Below are positions 35,301-47,440 of a stretch of DNA of 64,000 nt, in pieces (within the stretch, counting starts at the first letter, position 1; each line of letters opens with the position of its first letter). Under the pieces are notes generated by a model. That model did not search any database and was not told the origin of the DNA. It saw nothing but the letters and a program-made list of their open reading frames with translations. The stretch is from NCBI GenBank assembly GCA_020137815.1, contig CM035350.1, positions 2,666,001-2,730,000 of the forward strand, written 5' to 3'. Made by a program: the position numbers and the translations under genes. Source of the DNA: Hormiphora californensis. Its lineage: Eukaryota > Animalia > Ctenophora.

Positions 35301-38300
35301 GGAATCGCTACCGGTCGTTACTTTCTGTAGAATTCAGGTCCTGGTTACTATACAAACTAGTACCATACGTTTTAGATAGGTTTTAGACAAGTTTTCGATA
35401 ACTTTTCATGAGAAGGTCCTGTAAATTTTCATTTTTAGGTAGGCGGTATTGTCACCCCTATATGCAATAATAGGGGTGACTTCGTAACCAAATCTCTAAT
35501 AAACTTTCCCACTTTGAACCTCCTTATCTCTAAGAAACTTTCCCACTTTGACCCTTCTTATCTCTAAGAAACTTTCCCACTGCACTTTGACCCTCCTTAT
35601 CTCTAAGAAACTTTCTTACTTTGACCCTCCTTATCTCTAAGAAACTTTCCCACTTTTACCCTCCTTATCTTTAAAGGTTGACAAGATACCTAAAACTTTT
35701 CGTATATCGTCTTATTTTGATTTATCATTAATTTTCAGCATTTTTTCAGAATTTTTTGTCGGCTAGAAATATGTGCAAAATAGGGGGTCTAGTGACAAAT
35801 GAGTGTGCCTTTTTTAAAATTGATAACGTAATATCTCCGGTTCCTGATGAGATACAGAAACCGTTTTGGTAGCGTTGGAAAGGTCTTATTGAGACCAATC
35901 CAACGCAACCAAGATCAAGTCTTTATCTTTTGAGGAACCGGAAACGTGAATTTCAATTTGCGAGACGCAGTGAGTGTGCCCAGTAAAACCAGTGCTGACA
36001 ATATCGGTAGACCCCCTATTTCGAATTTTTTTCTAGCCGACAAAAAATTCCGAAAAAATGCTGAAAATTAATGATAAATCAAAATAAGACGATAGGGTAG
36101 CCACTGGCTATTTGAAACAGTTTTTCACTTTTTTCCCTTGCCTGCCCACAAATCAAGTCGAACCCAAATTTTTTTGACCTTGTGTTACCGAGACAGTCCC
36201 TGTGTAGTTTTTTGGGTGGTTGGAGATGTCTCATTTTGTCTTCCGGGGCCAGGGTCACGTGATATCTATCCAAATTTGGTGTTTCAGATAGCCCGCCTCG
36301 GTCTGCTAATTTGAAACACCCGTATCTCCCTCAATTTCTCCACGAAACCGAAATTTTTGACATGGAATAGTTAGAAAAGGGTTGTGCAGAGCCATTCCAT
36401 GTCTGAAATCTGAATTTGTTTGCATGTGCTTGGTGCAGTGAATGTTTCCAAAAATTGTTTCAAATAGCCAGGAAAACAGTTTTTGCCCCAAATTCGGCCA
36501 ATTTTTGGCGGAAATGGCTAAACTCATAATTCATATCCTCCCTATGCCCAAAATGAACATCAAAAATTTCCGACAGCGGATTTGGAGAAAAGTGTTTCAA
36601 ATAGCCCTCCGCAGTGTTTCAAGTTACCAGACTCGCTTGCCCTGCAGCTCATAACATAGCGAAAACCACTGAACCCGACTAATTTCGATACGCTGAATCA
36701 CGTAAGCAACTTTTCCAATCCGTATGAGGTCGATAAAGTGCCCTAATTGAGTATAATTGGGTCTAATTGACCTTAATTGCTCAATTAAGGCATTTTCCCG
36801 ACCTCTGAGGGATTGGAAAGGTTGCTTACGTGATTCAGCGTATCAAAATTAGTCGGAAAAGTGCCCTCACATAAGTATAAATCATTTCCAGATGAAAAGT
36901 TGTAAATGGGGTAAATAAGACCCAATTATGCTTAATTAGAACACTTTTCCGATCTGAGAAGTGAGACGGAGCCCAGAGGTTTAAAAAAGCTATTTATAAT
37001 TATATTTAAGTTTCTCAATTTTCATTTTTTGAAATAAAGAGGAAATCTTTGAATTTTTTGTTTAAACACAAGGATTGTTTCTATTCCAGAATTTAAAACA
37101 ACGGCATGAGTACCTACTGTTTGCTATGCATCTCCCAAGACAAGCTACTACATACGCGGCACTACGTTTCAAATAGCCAGACCATGCGTTTCAAATAGTC
37201 AGACACTGTTTCACATTGGCAGGCGTTTCAAATAGCCAGTGGCTACCCTATACGAAAAGTTTTAGGGGGGGGGGGCGTCACCTTTTTTTGCCCATTGCTC
37301 ATAATCCCAGCGAATTTTGGTTTTGCCCATATGGTCAAAAATGGGTAAAAGTGGGCAAAAATGGGCAAAATGAGATTTTTAGTGTTTTTTTGTTGTTTTT
37401 TAAACTCTATAACTCGATTTTAATTCTTTAAAGTGAGAGAGAACAGCCCTGATGATGAGGTTTTAGGCTTTTCTGGGTTTATTTTGTTTTAGAACGTTTC
37501 TGAAACCCATGAGAGAAACGAGAATGGGTCAGGCCAATGCTCTGACAGTCACACAGCGGTGTAACAGTGTGATACCTAATATCGAGCAGCACACTAGCCC
37601 GGTGTGACTGAGTACGGTAAAACATTTATCCTTTGTTCCTGGTCCCTTGACAGGTCGAGATAGTTCAGTGCAGAGACCCTCTCCCGATGGGCATGTATCC
37701 GTATCGGCATTACACTCTAGCTCTGCACCTCCGGAGACAACACTAGGACAGTGGCACGAGCATCGCTTCGTTAACTTTGGCACGACAAACCTAAAGGGAG
37801 GAGATACGATAAACCCAAGATGAGGGGCGCGACGTGCCCAACCAAGATGAAGAAAGATGCGGGATTTACATGTAAAACAACTTGCGAAATCGAAAATGCA
37901 CATACTTGTACTTGTCTTTGATGCGATAGGTGATCTTCTCATCTAGCAATGTGATCTTGAATAGTGATCCTTGGGGAAATTATATTCTTATTAGTTTCTG
38001 GGAACTGGGAGAAAGTAAAGTGGCCTTTTCATATATAATCTGTCAGAGCAATATACCCATGTCTAGTCTTGGTCTAGTGAGATGTACCTGTAATGGGATC
38101 AGTTGCTATGTCATCCTCCGATTCCTCTTTGATGACGATGAAACAGAGAGATGTCCCTATGTTGAGGGTCACGTCCATGGCCACTGACGATTGGTCAACG
38201 AACCTGCCCTCGCTATCCCGAACTAGAATTGAACTCACTCCAAATTTATGTGTTGTTACTATAAAGTGAATGGAAGGTTAGAGCTAGATCCTTGTCTCAT

Positions 38301-38670
38301 CAATCCTCAATGTCACTTACACGGCCGCTTGTAGTGGGGAAACGGTATCAAAACACCGTGCACAGACGCACCGTTTACGTAGCGTGCGGGTAATAAATCA
38401 CACTTTTTCAGCTAGATCAGGATGAACATGTGTTTATTACCCACGCTACGTAAAGTGTGTGTCTGTGCACGGTGTCTGGACTCTGGACACCGTTTCTCCA
38501 CTACAAGCGACACTGTAAGAGTCTAACTCTATAAACATTGCTAATGCTCTTGGTTCTTCCTATTTAGGCCAGAGGTTATTGTTGAGTATCTAAACGAGGA
38601 GGTTCTTACCTTGATCACCACAGAAAGACGCCAATGACTGTCGAATAAGTAGAACAAAAAGTAAGATCAT
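29359..38670 (-). CDS. EFF-1/AFF-1-like cell-cell fusion protein (fusexin, class II fusogen fold), multi-exon, several indels
   Basis: Exons 38670-38610, 38222-38088, 37997-37906, 37790-37576, 31467-31074, 30810-29962, 29785-29359 with phase-compatible GT-AG sites. Signal peptide MILLFVLLIRQSLAS; collinear FF-like motifs MDVTLNIGTSLCF, LFKITLLDEKITYRIKDKYKFVVPKLTKRCSCHCP, CFTVLSHTGLVCC, VNDRFSYSVDRLGWMKY, VKDAIDITVLSCDSGTMK; TM segment; Cys-rich tail. Confidence 0.75.
30833..30925. mobile_element. Short interspersed CAGGAACCGACCGAA-type element (Pleurobrachia-like repeat), copy 1
   Basis: CAGGAACAGACCGACACAAG..CAACCAATCAGAACTCGTTATTTAGGTGACGTGACTGGTTATTAGCCAATCAGGGACCAGTA; related copies at 51353 and 62876. 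Confidence 0.75.
31575..35672. repeat. 34-bp satellite array (about 100 copies) in a fusexin intron, interrupted at 34915-35491
   Basis: Unit CTCTAAGAAACTTTCCCACTTTGACCCTCCTTAT. Confidence 0.97.
34915..35491. mobile_element. 577-bp non-autonomous element with TTGGT(A/T)A TIRs and 9-bp TSD, inserted in the satellite
   Basis: Left end TTGGTAATGAAATTCCCCCT; right end reverse-complements to TTGGTTACGAAGTCACCCCT; TSD ATCTCTAAT at 34906-34914 and 35492-35500. Confidence 0.75.
35689..37266. mobile_element. MITE with long TIRs whose right TIR is interrupted by a second element
   Basis: CCTAAAACTTTTCGTATATCGTCTTATTTTGATTTATC..GGCTAGAAA is mirrored by 36029-36094 plus 37249-37266. Confidence 0.7.
36095..37248. 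mobile_element. 1.15-kb non-autonomous DNA transposon with 24-bp TIRs and TA TSD
   Basis: GGGTAGCCACTGGCTATTTGAAAC / GTTTCAAATAGCCAGTGGCTACCC flanked by TA; internal inverted repeat at about 36677-36856. Confidence 0.8.
38320..38515. mobile_element. MITE (CACGG(C/T)CGCTTGTAGTGG family) in fusexin intron 1
   Basis: Imperfect TIRs CACGGCCGCTTGTAGTGGGGAAACGGT / ACCGTTTCTCCACTACAAGCGACACTG, flanked by TA; relatives at 54006-54186 and about 1908. Confidence 0.7.
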
Positions 38671-39106
38671 ATTTATTTAATACACGCACGTTGGTTTTGT
38701 CAAGTAAGAAAATAATAAAGCAACATTGTAATTGCGCCAGGCTCAGCAGTTTACCAGGAAATAGTCATCATGCCCTTCGCTCGTACTCATAAGGACTTGG
38801 TTTAAAGTTAATGGGGGGGAGCGCAAACGATACAAGCCTCTCTCGCGTCGGCGCGCGCTGCAGCGCTCGCTCGCGCGCGCGATCGCGCCGTCTCTATCTC
38901 TCTACTCGCTCTCTTCTTTCTTTCTCTCTCTTTACTCTATCCTATCTCTACTCTACTCTCCGCTCACACTCTCTCTACTTCATCGAGCTATCTCTGCTCC
39001 TTCCTCTTCTATTATCTCTCTCTCTATGCTTCTCTCTTCTTTCTCTCTTTCTTTCTATTCTTTCTCACAATGTTCCTTCAAATTGAATCATAAAAAGGCA
39101 GATCGC

Positions 39107-40986
39107 TCAGGCAGAGTAGAGTTGGTCCCAGGTGGCTGATCCAGTACCGTCCTCCGCGATATCGTATCCCACCCCCAGATTGAGCATCATTCGAGTGAAC
39201 TGGAGAAACAAATTATTTAAGCAAAGGTTATACATTTTATTGAGTTACTGACCCACAACGAACAGTTCAATGCCATTCTAATGCCAAAAAAAATAAAAAA
39301 TGCAAATGTTTCTTTTTGTAAGTTGGTCCTGCTAATGTACACAGTATATTTATACCTCTCTGTAGTCGATGAATCCATCCCGTTTGGTCCGCCACACACA
39401 ACAGATCGGTGACCTCCTCCTGGGTGAGTTTGTCTCCCACAGTCGTCACCTGGTGTCTCAGCTCATCCGCACTAATGTACCCATTCTTGTCTCTATCAAA
39501 CACCCTGCATGTTCGAGATGTATTAGAATATGTTTCATAACACTTGCTCTCAGAGAATCAAAGAACTGGCAAGTGCCACGGGCCCAAAAGGGGGGTGATG
39601 CGCCAAATTGCCCCACCTAGAATTTTGAAACCACATATATCCAGATTTTACAACGTCTTGAAATTACCTGAATGCCTCATTAATCTCCTTGGCCATGTGT
39701 TCCCAGGTCATTTTCTTGGCCATTATCTTGAGAAACTCGCTAAAGTCAAGAAGTCCATTCTTGTCGGAATCCACCTCGTTGATCATCTCTGCTAATTCAG
39801 ACTCGTTTGGGTTTTGGCCCAATGACCTGTTTGGCAAGGGGTTTATAGGCCAGTCATTTTTTGTCATTTTGGGGCCGTTTGGTGAACTGAGACATAACAA
39901 AGGTTTTCCACTTGTATTGTACTCCTATGGGGTACTAGAAACACCAAAAAAATTTTTCACTCCAACCGAGGTGAAGAAAGTGCCCAAAATGGCCACGCCC
40001 TTTTTGCCTGTATTTTCAGCCTTGACCAAAAATAGCAACTTTGCTTTGGATTGGAGTAGAAACGTAAATGAGGGCACTAAAATGTGTAGAATGAGCAGCA
40101 GAATCGATTGGTACCAAGCAGAAGTCGCTATCTCATCAGGTTCGAGAGATAATTGGATAATTAGGTATGAGGGTAAAATGAAGGAAAATGACCAAATTTC
40201 GACTTTTTACACCCATTTTTCGATCTTTAAAGTTGAATAACTCATTGACCTTATGCGATAAAAACTTCATATTTGTTACCCCCACTAATTTTTATATGCT
40301 GAACAAGCTCCTGTGAAGCAAAATTTCTGAAACCGCTCCTGAGCGGCTATAGCCATATGGCTCAAAAACGGTTATGCGCATACCTAATTATCCAATTATC
40401 TCTCGAACCTGATGAGATAGCGACTTCTGCTTGGTACCAATCGATTCTGCTGCTCATTCTACACATTTTAGTGCCCTCATTTACGTTTCTACTCCAATCC
40501 AAAGCAAAGTTGCTATTTTTGGTCAAGGCTGAAAATACAGGCAAAAAGGGCGTGGCCATTTTGGGCACTTTCTTCACCTCGGTTGGAGTGAAAAATTTTT
40601 TTGGTGTTTCTAGGACCCCATAGGAGTACAATACAAGTGGAAAACCTTTGTTATGTCTCAGTTCACCAATTAAGCAAAAAGTGATCAAATATATTATAGA
40701 CCATAAACCTGTTGTAGCTCATCTCAAGTTTAAACGATCGAAGGACTTACATTAGTCTTTAGCTGAACCTAAATCTATAATCTACCCTAAATAGTAAATA
40801 TAAGTACCCCTTTTTCAATGCTTCAACCCAGACTACCCTGCAGTGATCGAGGGGGTGAGTAGCAATATACCTGATTAAAGGTCCAAGATCCTTGGTGGTA
40901 ATAAACCCATTGTCATTAGTATCATACATCTTGAACGCCTCCTGATAGTGCTCCAATTCCTCCCGGGTAAAATGCTGACGCTCCAT
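39107..40986 (-). CDS. Calmodulin-like four-EF-hand protein with a C-terminal extension, 4 exons
   Basis: Exons 40986-40871, 39826-39668, 39504-39356, 39199-39107: [21 protein letters not shown]|[36 protein letters not shown]|[26 protein letters not shown]; EF4 disrupted by indels; tail [30 protein letters not shown]. Confidence 0.85.
39879..40669. mobile_element. Foldback/MITE with near-perfect ~290-bp inverted repeats in calmodulin-like intron 1
   Basis: 39879-40169 is the reverse complement of 40378-40669; this produces the mirrored ORFs 39689+ and 40362-. Confidence 0.85.
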
Positions 40987-41478
40987 TCGTAACTGCAGGG
41001 TATTGTAGTTTAGTTTGGTTTGGTTTGCGTATCTACATAGGACTATTATAAACAGCCATACAACCAAGCTTCTCCCCGGATCATCCTTTCGGAATCACCA
41101 CCAGATCGTCTAGTCTGGGACAATCCAGTCTATCGTAGCTAACAGTCTAGAAGAAGATCTAAGCGAATCTACTAACAGTTTAGATGTATCTACCAATAGT
41201 TTAGACGTATAGATGGGATCCCAAGGTCTAGCAGATCTATTCAGACTAAAACAAAATTATAGATCATACTTTATGACACCGCTCTGCATACCACCGCCAC
41301 CCCACCCCCCCCCCCCCCCCCCCGCCCCAAAGCAACAGCAAAGAATATTATATGGGAGCTGAGTCACACAATGCAACTATCGCTGATTGGTGACACCCAG
41401 GGCCACACTGAATCATTGTCAAGCTATACAATAAGAAAGGAACCTCCTCTTGATCGACGAAACATACAATAGCTCCAC

Positions 41479-41481
<3 letters not shown>

Positions 41482-41566
<85 letters not shown>
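41482..41566. repeat. (CT)n microsatellite
   Basis: Perfect CT run. Confidence 0.95.
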
Positions 41567-41572
<6 letters not shown>

Positions 41573-42469
41573 CTGGGTGTGATGCAATTGCATTCTTCTC
41601 ATGATCACTATAATAATCACTCTCCCATCATTTTATGCCCATATTATCCTACCACTAACCCATTCTTGAGCGGTCTATCTAAACCTAGAGCCTAGAGGTC
41701 CTTACCCTAATTGCATAAAACGTTCTTCTTTCTTGGAAAGAGTAGCTATAGCCTATATACACAACAAGGCAACAGAATGACTATGAGTGATGATATAGAA
41801 AGGAGTAGTGCGATGAATAATTTCTTGGAAATGTTGGATATTGTTTCACTGATGATCAGGGTAATGAGTCATTATTAATGACCCCAGCTCATAGCTTACT
41901 GGGTAACATATATTGCATTTTAAAAGACATCATTGATATTAATTCCTTATCTGACGGCGCCCAGACTCCTAATTTGATCCTTAAAACGGACAGTGCGTTC
42001 AGATCGGTTAGGTGTCGCCAAACAGAACTGAGAACGAATAGAAACGGAATTGGACAATATATATATATAGGTAGTATAGACAACTGCAGCTTTCCGAGTA
42101 TTTTGTCTTTTTCCCGCAGAGATTTTTTTGATATGACGGGCTAACTGCAATCTCTATAGTTTTGGTTGAATATGAATCTCACTCCATGAAATTAGATAGG
42201 GCGAGAGTATCAATGAGCTATGCTTTAATTGGTTTCAATTATCGAATCTCATTACATGTGGACATTGCCACACACATCACAGTTGTCAGGCAGTACAACT
42301 TGTACAATTATCATTATGATGTACTACATGATCTGGATCAGATATCCCGGCCCAACCTTCTAACACATACATTACAACACTATCTAGTACGACTGACAGT
42401 TCATAGGGACCAACTTACAAAAAGTGCCCGGGTAGTGTTGAACCGATCGATGACCCCCTGTTTATTCCT

Positions 42470-44915
42470 CGCCTCCCGCAACCTTTCTCATCTAGAGTCT
42501 ATAGACCCCTCACCTCCCGCATCCTACCTCATCTAGAGTCTATAGACCCCTCACCTCCCGCAACCTACCTCATCTAGAGTCTATATAGACCCCTCACCTC
42601 CCGCAACCTACCTCATCTAGAGTCTATAGACCCCTCACCTCCCGCAACCTACCTCATCTAGAGTCTATAGACCCCTCACCTCCCGCATCCTACCTCATCT
42701 AGAGTCTATAGACCCCTCACCTCCCGCAACATACCTCATCTAGAGTCTATAGACCCCTCACCTCCCGCAACCTACCTCATCTAGAGTCTATAGACCCCTC
42801 ACCTCCCGCAACCTACCTCATCTAGAGTCTATAGACCCCTCACCTCCCGCAACCTACTTCATCTAGAGTCTATAGACCCCTCACCTCCCGCAACCTACCT
42901 CATCTAGAGTCTATAGACCCCTCACCTCCCGCAACCTACCTCATCTAGAGTCTATAGACCCCTCACCTCCCGCAACCTACTTCATCTAGAGTCTATAGAC
43001 CCCTCACCTCCCGCAACCTACCTCATCTAGAGTCTATAGACCCCTCACCTCCCGCAACCTACCTCATCTAGAGTCTATAGACCCCTCACCTCCCGCAACC
43101 TACCTCATCTAGAGTCTATAGACCCCTCACCTCCCGCATCCTACCTCATCTAGAGTCTATAGACCCCTCACCTCCCGCATCCTACCTCATCTAGAGTCTA
43201 TAGACCCATCACCTCCCGCATCCTACCTCATCTAGAGTCTATAGACCCCTCACCTCCCGCAACCTACCTCATCTAGAGTCTATAGACCCCTCACCTCCCG
43301 CAACCTACCTCATCTAGAGTCTATAGACCCCTCACCTCCCGCAACCTACCTCATCTAGAGTCTATAGACCCCTCACCTCCCGCAACCTACTTCATCTAGA
43401 GTCTATAGACCCCTCACCTCCCGCAACCTACCTCATCTAGAGTCTATAGACCCCTCACCTCCCACTACATACCTCATCTAGAGTCTATAGACCCCTCACC
43501 TCCCGCAACCTACCTCATCTAGAGTCTATAGACCCCTCACCTCCCGCAACCTACCTCATCTAGAGTCTATAGACCCCTCACCTCCCGCAACCTACTTCAT
43601 CTAGAGTCTATAGACCCCTCACCTCCCGCAACCTACCTCATCTAGAGTCTATAGACCCCTCACCTCCCGCATCCTACCTCATCTAGAGTCTATAGACCCC
43701 TCACCTCCCGCAACATACCTCATCTAGAGTCTATAGACCCCTCACCTCCCGCAACCTTTCTCATCTAGAGTCTATAGACCCCTCACCTCCCGCATCCTAC
43801 CTCATCTAGAGTCTATAGACCCCTCACCTCCCGCAACCTACCTCATCTAGAGTCTATAGACCCCTCACCTCCCGCAACCTACTTCATCTAGAGTCTATAG
43901 ACCCCTCACCTCCCGCAACCTACCTCATCTAGAGTCTATAGACCCCTCACCTCCCGCAACATACCTCATCTAGAGTCTATAGACCCCTCACCTCCCGCAA
44001 CCTACCTCATCTAGAGTCTATAGACCCCTCACCTCCCGCAACCTACCTCATCTAGAGTCTATAGACCCCTCACCTCCCGCAACCTACCTCATCTAGAGTC
44101 TATAGACCCCTCACCTCCCGCAACCTACCTCATCTAGAGTCTATAGACCCCTCACCTCCCGCAACCTACCTCATCTAGAGTCTATAGACCCCTCACCTCC
44201 CGCAACCTACCTCATCTAGAGTCTATATAGACCCCTCACCTCCCGCAACCTACTTCATCTAGAGTCTATAGACCCCTCACCTCCCGCAACCTACCTCATC
44301 TAGAGTCTATAGACCCCTCACCTCCCGCAACCTACCTCATCTAGAGTCTATAGACCCCTCACCTCCCGCAACCTACCTCCTCTAGAGTCTATAGACCCCT
44401 CACCTCCCGCAACCTTTCTCATCTAGAGTCTATAGACCCCTCACCTCCCGCAACCTACCTCATCTAGAGTCTATAGACCCCTCACCTCCCGCAACCTACC
44501 TCGTCTAGAGTCTATAGACCCCTCACCTCCCGCAACCTTTCTCATCTAGAGTCTATAGACCCCTCACCTCCCGCAACCTACCTCATCTAGAGTCTATAGA
44601 CCCCTCACCTCCCGCAACCTACCTCATCTAGAGTCTATAGACCCCTCACCTCCCACTACATACCTCGTCTAGAGTCTATAGACCCCTCACCTCCCGCAAC
44701 CTACCTCATCTAGAGTCTATAGACCCCTCACCTCCCACAACCTACCTCATCTAGAGTCTATAGACCCCTCACCTCCCACAACCTACCTCGTCTAGAGTCT
44801 ATAGACCCCTCACCTCCCGCAACCTACCTCATCTAGAGTCTATAGACCCCTCACCTCCCACTACATACCTCGTCTAGAGTCTATAGACCCCTCACCTCCC
44901 ACAACCTACCTCATC
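42470..44915. repeat. 41-bp satellite array (about 59 copies)
   Basis: Unit TCATCTAGAGTCTATAGACCCCTCACCTCCCGCAACCTACC, containing the palindromes TCTAGA and GTCTATAGAC. Confidence 0.97.
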
Positions 44916-45469
44916 AAGAAGAGAGGTACCAGCCGCCCCATTCAAAAACCTCCATACGTTGAAGAAACTCATGGTATATCAGACAGACACACAGTTGCAG
45001 CTGTGTTGTTGTGCGTTGATCAATAAAACACACTTGTAAAATAAAATGACTGCGTGATACGTTCTACACGGAAGTGAATATATATATCACAAATATAATT
45101 GAAAGCTTCACAACAAACTTCAATGCAAAATATTGACTGATATCCGGTAGTATAAGTACAAAGGAATTGTTTGGTCGATGTTTGGTCGACACACGGAATC
45201 TCTACTGACACACACAATGGCAGTCGTGTCACCGGGTGGTACAGATCAAGCTGGTCATTCCCAAGCAGGAGGGGGAGAATATAATAGTATGATCTGGAGC
45301 CGTTACTACCATTAACGGTAGGACAATGAAGGGGAGGGATATTACTCTCAAGAAGGGACAATTCACTCTCTGACACTCGATAGTTGTTGAGTAAGGGGTG
45401 GACAACAACTCAATAGTGCATTAGCATACACCGCGGCCCCTAATTTGATGGGAATTTTGTTGATCTACA

Positions 45470-45683
45470 GAACCCTCACACAACCAAGGATCACATTGTT
45501 GCTATAACTAATCAGGAGTGATCAGAGGGTAAATAAGTGTGGAACCCTCACACAACCAAGCTGACATTGTTGCTATAACTAATCAGGAGTGATCAGAGGG
45601 TAAATATGTGCGGAACCCTCACACAACCAAGCTGACATTGTTGCTATAACTAATCAGGAGTGATCGGAGGGTAAATAGGTGCG
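45470..45683. repeat. 71-bp tandem repeat, 3 copies
   Basis: GAACCCTCACACAACCAAG..CATTGTTGCTATAACTAATCAGGAGTGATC.GAGGGTAAATA at about 45471, 45542 and 45613. Confidence 0.85.
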
Positions 45684-45855
45684 GTTAAAGGAGACAGATA
45701 AAAGAATAATTTGCACTAAGTTATCACACAATGCACATATAATGCCCACATAAATATCTGATCTCTCTGTCACTTAAAGTCTCTCTCCCTCTTCCACTCT
45801 CTCTGTTTCTCTCTACCTATCTCTCTCTCTCTCTCTCTATCTATATCTCTCTCTC

Positions 45856-45886
<31 letters not shown>

Positions 45887-47111
45887 TCTTCACCGTGCTT
45901 AGTGGAGAGCATGAGCCATCGACCATCGTCCGCCGAACTATTACCAGGCGGAGAGACAGAGAGAGAGGGAGTAAAGGGAGATTCAGACAAATTATTAAAA
46001 CAAGATGTTGCCAGACTGAAAACGAGAGAAAGAGATCAGAGACAGCCTCCTAGAGAGTGAGAGAGAGAGAAAATAATATTCATAAAGATTATAATGCCAA
46101 TGAGGGTACCGGTAAAAAAAATGAAAATTGGTAATAGACAGAAAAATTGTGTCTTAGATAAAATTTAACTAGGCGTATTTGATAAATACCGCCTTTTCAG
46201 AACTATTTTATAAAATTTCAGTTTCACAGTATGTGTCGAAAACCACAAAGCAAACGGCAAAACTGCCGTAATTGTTTCTATCTAGATAACACTTTTTGAG
46301 TAACTGAACATTGTATGATAAAACCGCGAAAGGAAAGCTGGTTTATTGGGTGGTGGCATTTAGACTTTGTAAACTTTGATAATATGCACTATGCAGCCTC
46401 CTCCACATGGACGTCTACTGCACTACACATGTGGTCAACTATTTAAGGATCCCACACTTCATAAACACTCATGGTGTTATAGGGGTATCATGGGTGCATT
46501 TCACATATATTCAGAACAGAAGCAATCAGATATATTGTCTCAAGCTCAGCTCCGGCAGCTCTCCTATATACCTAACGAGCCGAGAGAGAGGAATGTTAAA
46601 CCCAGGTGATAATATGACAAGGCCTCTCCAGGCAATATATTACCAGCAGCACAAGGTTGTACAAAAATACATATTGTATCTGGAGTAGGAGCTGAGGTGC
46701 AGTGTGAAGCTGTCTCCATCTTAGCTTCACAGTAATTACTGGCTGTGTGTATGTATACTGGCAGGGCCGGGATATCATATGCTGGATAATAGAGACATAT
46801 TGGGGAAATATTCAGAAAGCTGCTTTCAGCTGCTCACACCTTCACTTATATATTATGTTGCATATATATATCTCTCTCTCGAGTGAATAGGCTCAAGTGA
46901 CTAGGCTAGGAGAAAAGAGCTGGACAATTTAGCTCAGAGACTGAGTCAGACTTGAATAGTGAAGCAATGACAACAAGTTGATTTAATTTTAGTTATCACA
47001 TTTATAACATGTAAACCAAATAGAGAACTTTTATAGAAAACCAACCACATAATAAAATTAAAATGATCATCAGAGATTGTAATGGCCAAATGTTTATGAG
47101 CCGCATGAAGA

Positions 47112-47219
47112 TTAGTAGATATAGTAGAGAATACCGGCGACCTCTAGTGTTGAACATACGTGTAAACACGGTGTTGTTCAACACTAGAGGCCGCTGGTAT
47201 TCTCTACTATATCTACTAA
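47112..47219. mobile_element. Small hairpin MITE with ~45-bp arms
   Basis: TTAGTAGATATAGTAGAGAATACCGGCGACCTCTAGTGTTGAACA mirrored by TGTTCAACACTAGAGGCCGCTGGTATTCTCTACTATATCTACTAA. Confidence 0.7.
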
Positions 47220-47403
47220 AATGATCATCTCACAATTAACAATCACCAATGATTCACCATGCCTGTCTGATTAGATATTGCAATATACCATTGAAAAGTG
47301 ACCTCCTTATATGGATCGATACTATAATACAGAACGGGTACAAGTGATCCTATACAATTGTAGAAATAATATCATTATCATAGCATTATTATGATTGGAA
47401 AAA

Positions 47404-47440
<37 letters not shown>

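Noticed and set aside
29359-38670. HAP2/GCS1 or endogenous viral glycoprotein assignment for the fusogen
   Set aside because: I could not find the HAP2-GCS1 signature. Motif order matches EFF-1/AFF-1 better, the gene has spliceosomal introns, and no gag/pol or viral genes are adjacent. Not formally excluded without a profile search.
39689-40688. 183-aa and 108-aa ORFs with identical sequence on opposite strands
   Set aside because: Produced by the two arms of a non-coding foldback element in an intron.
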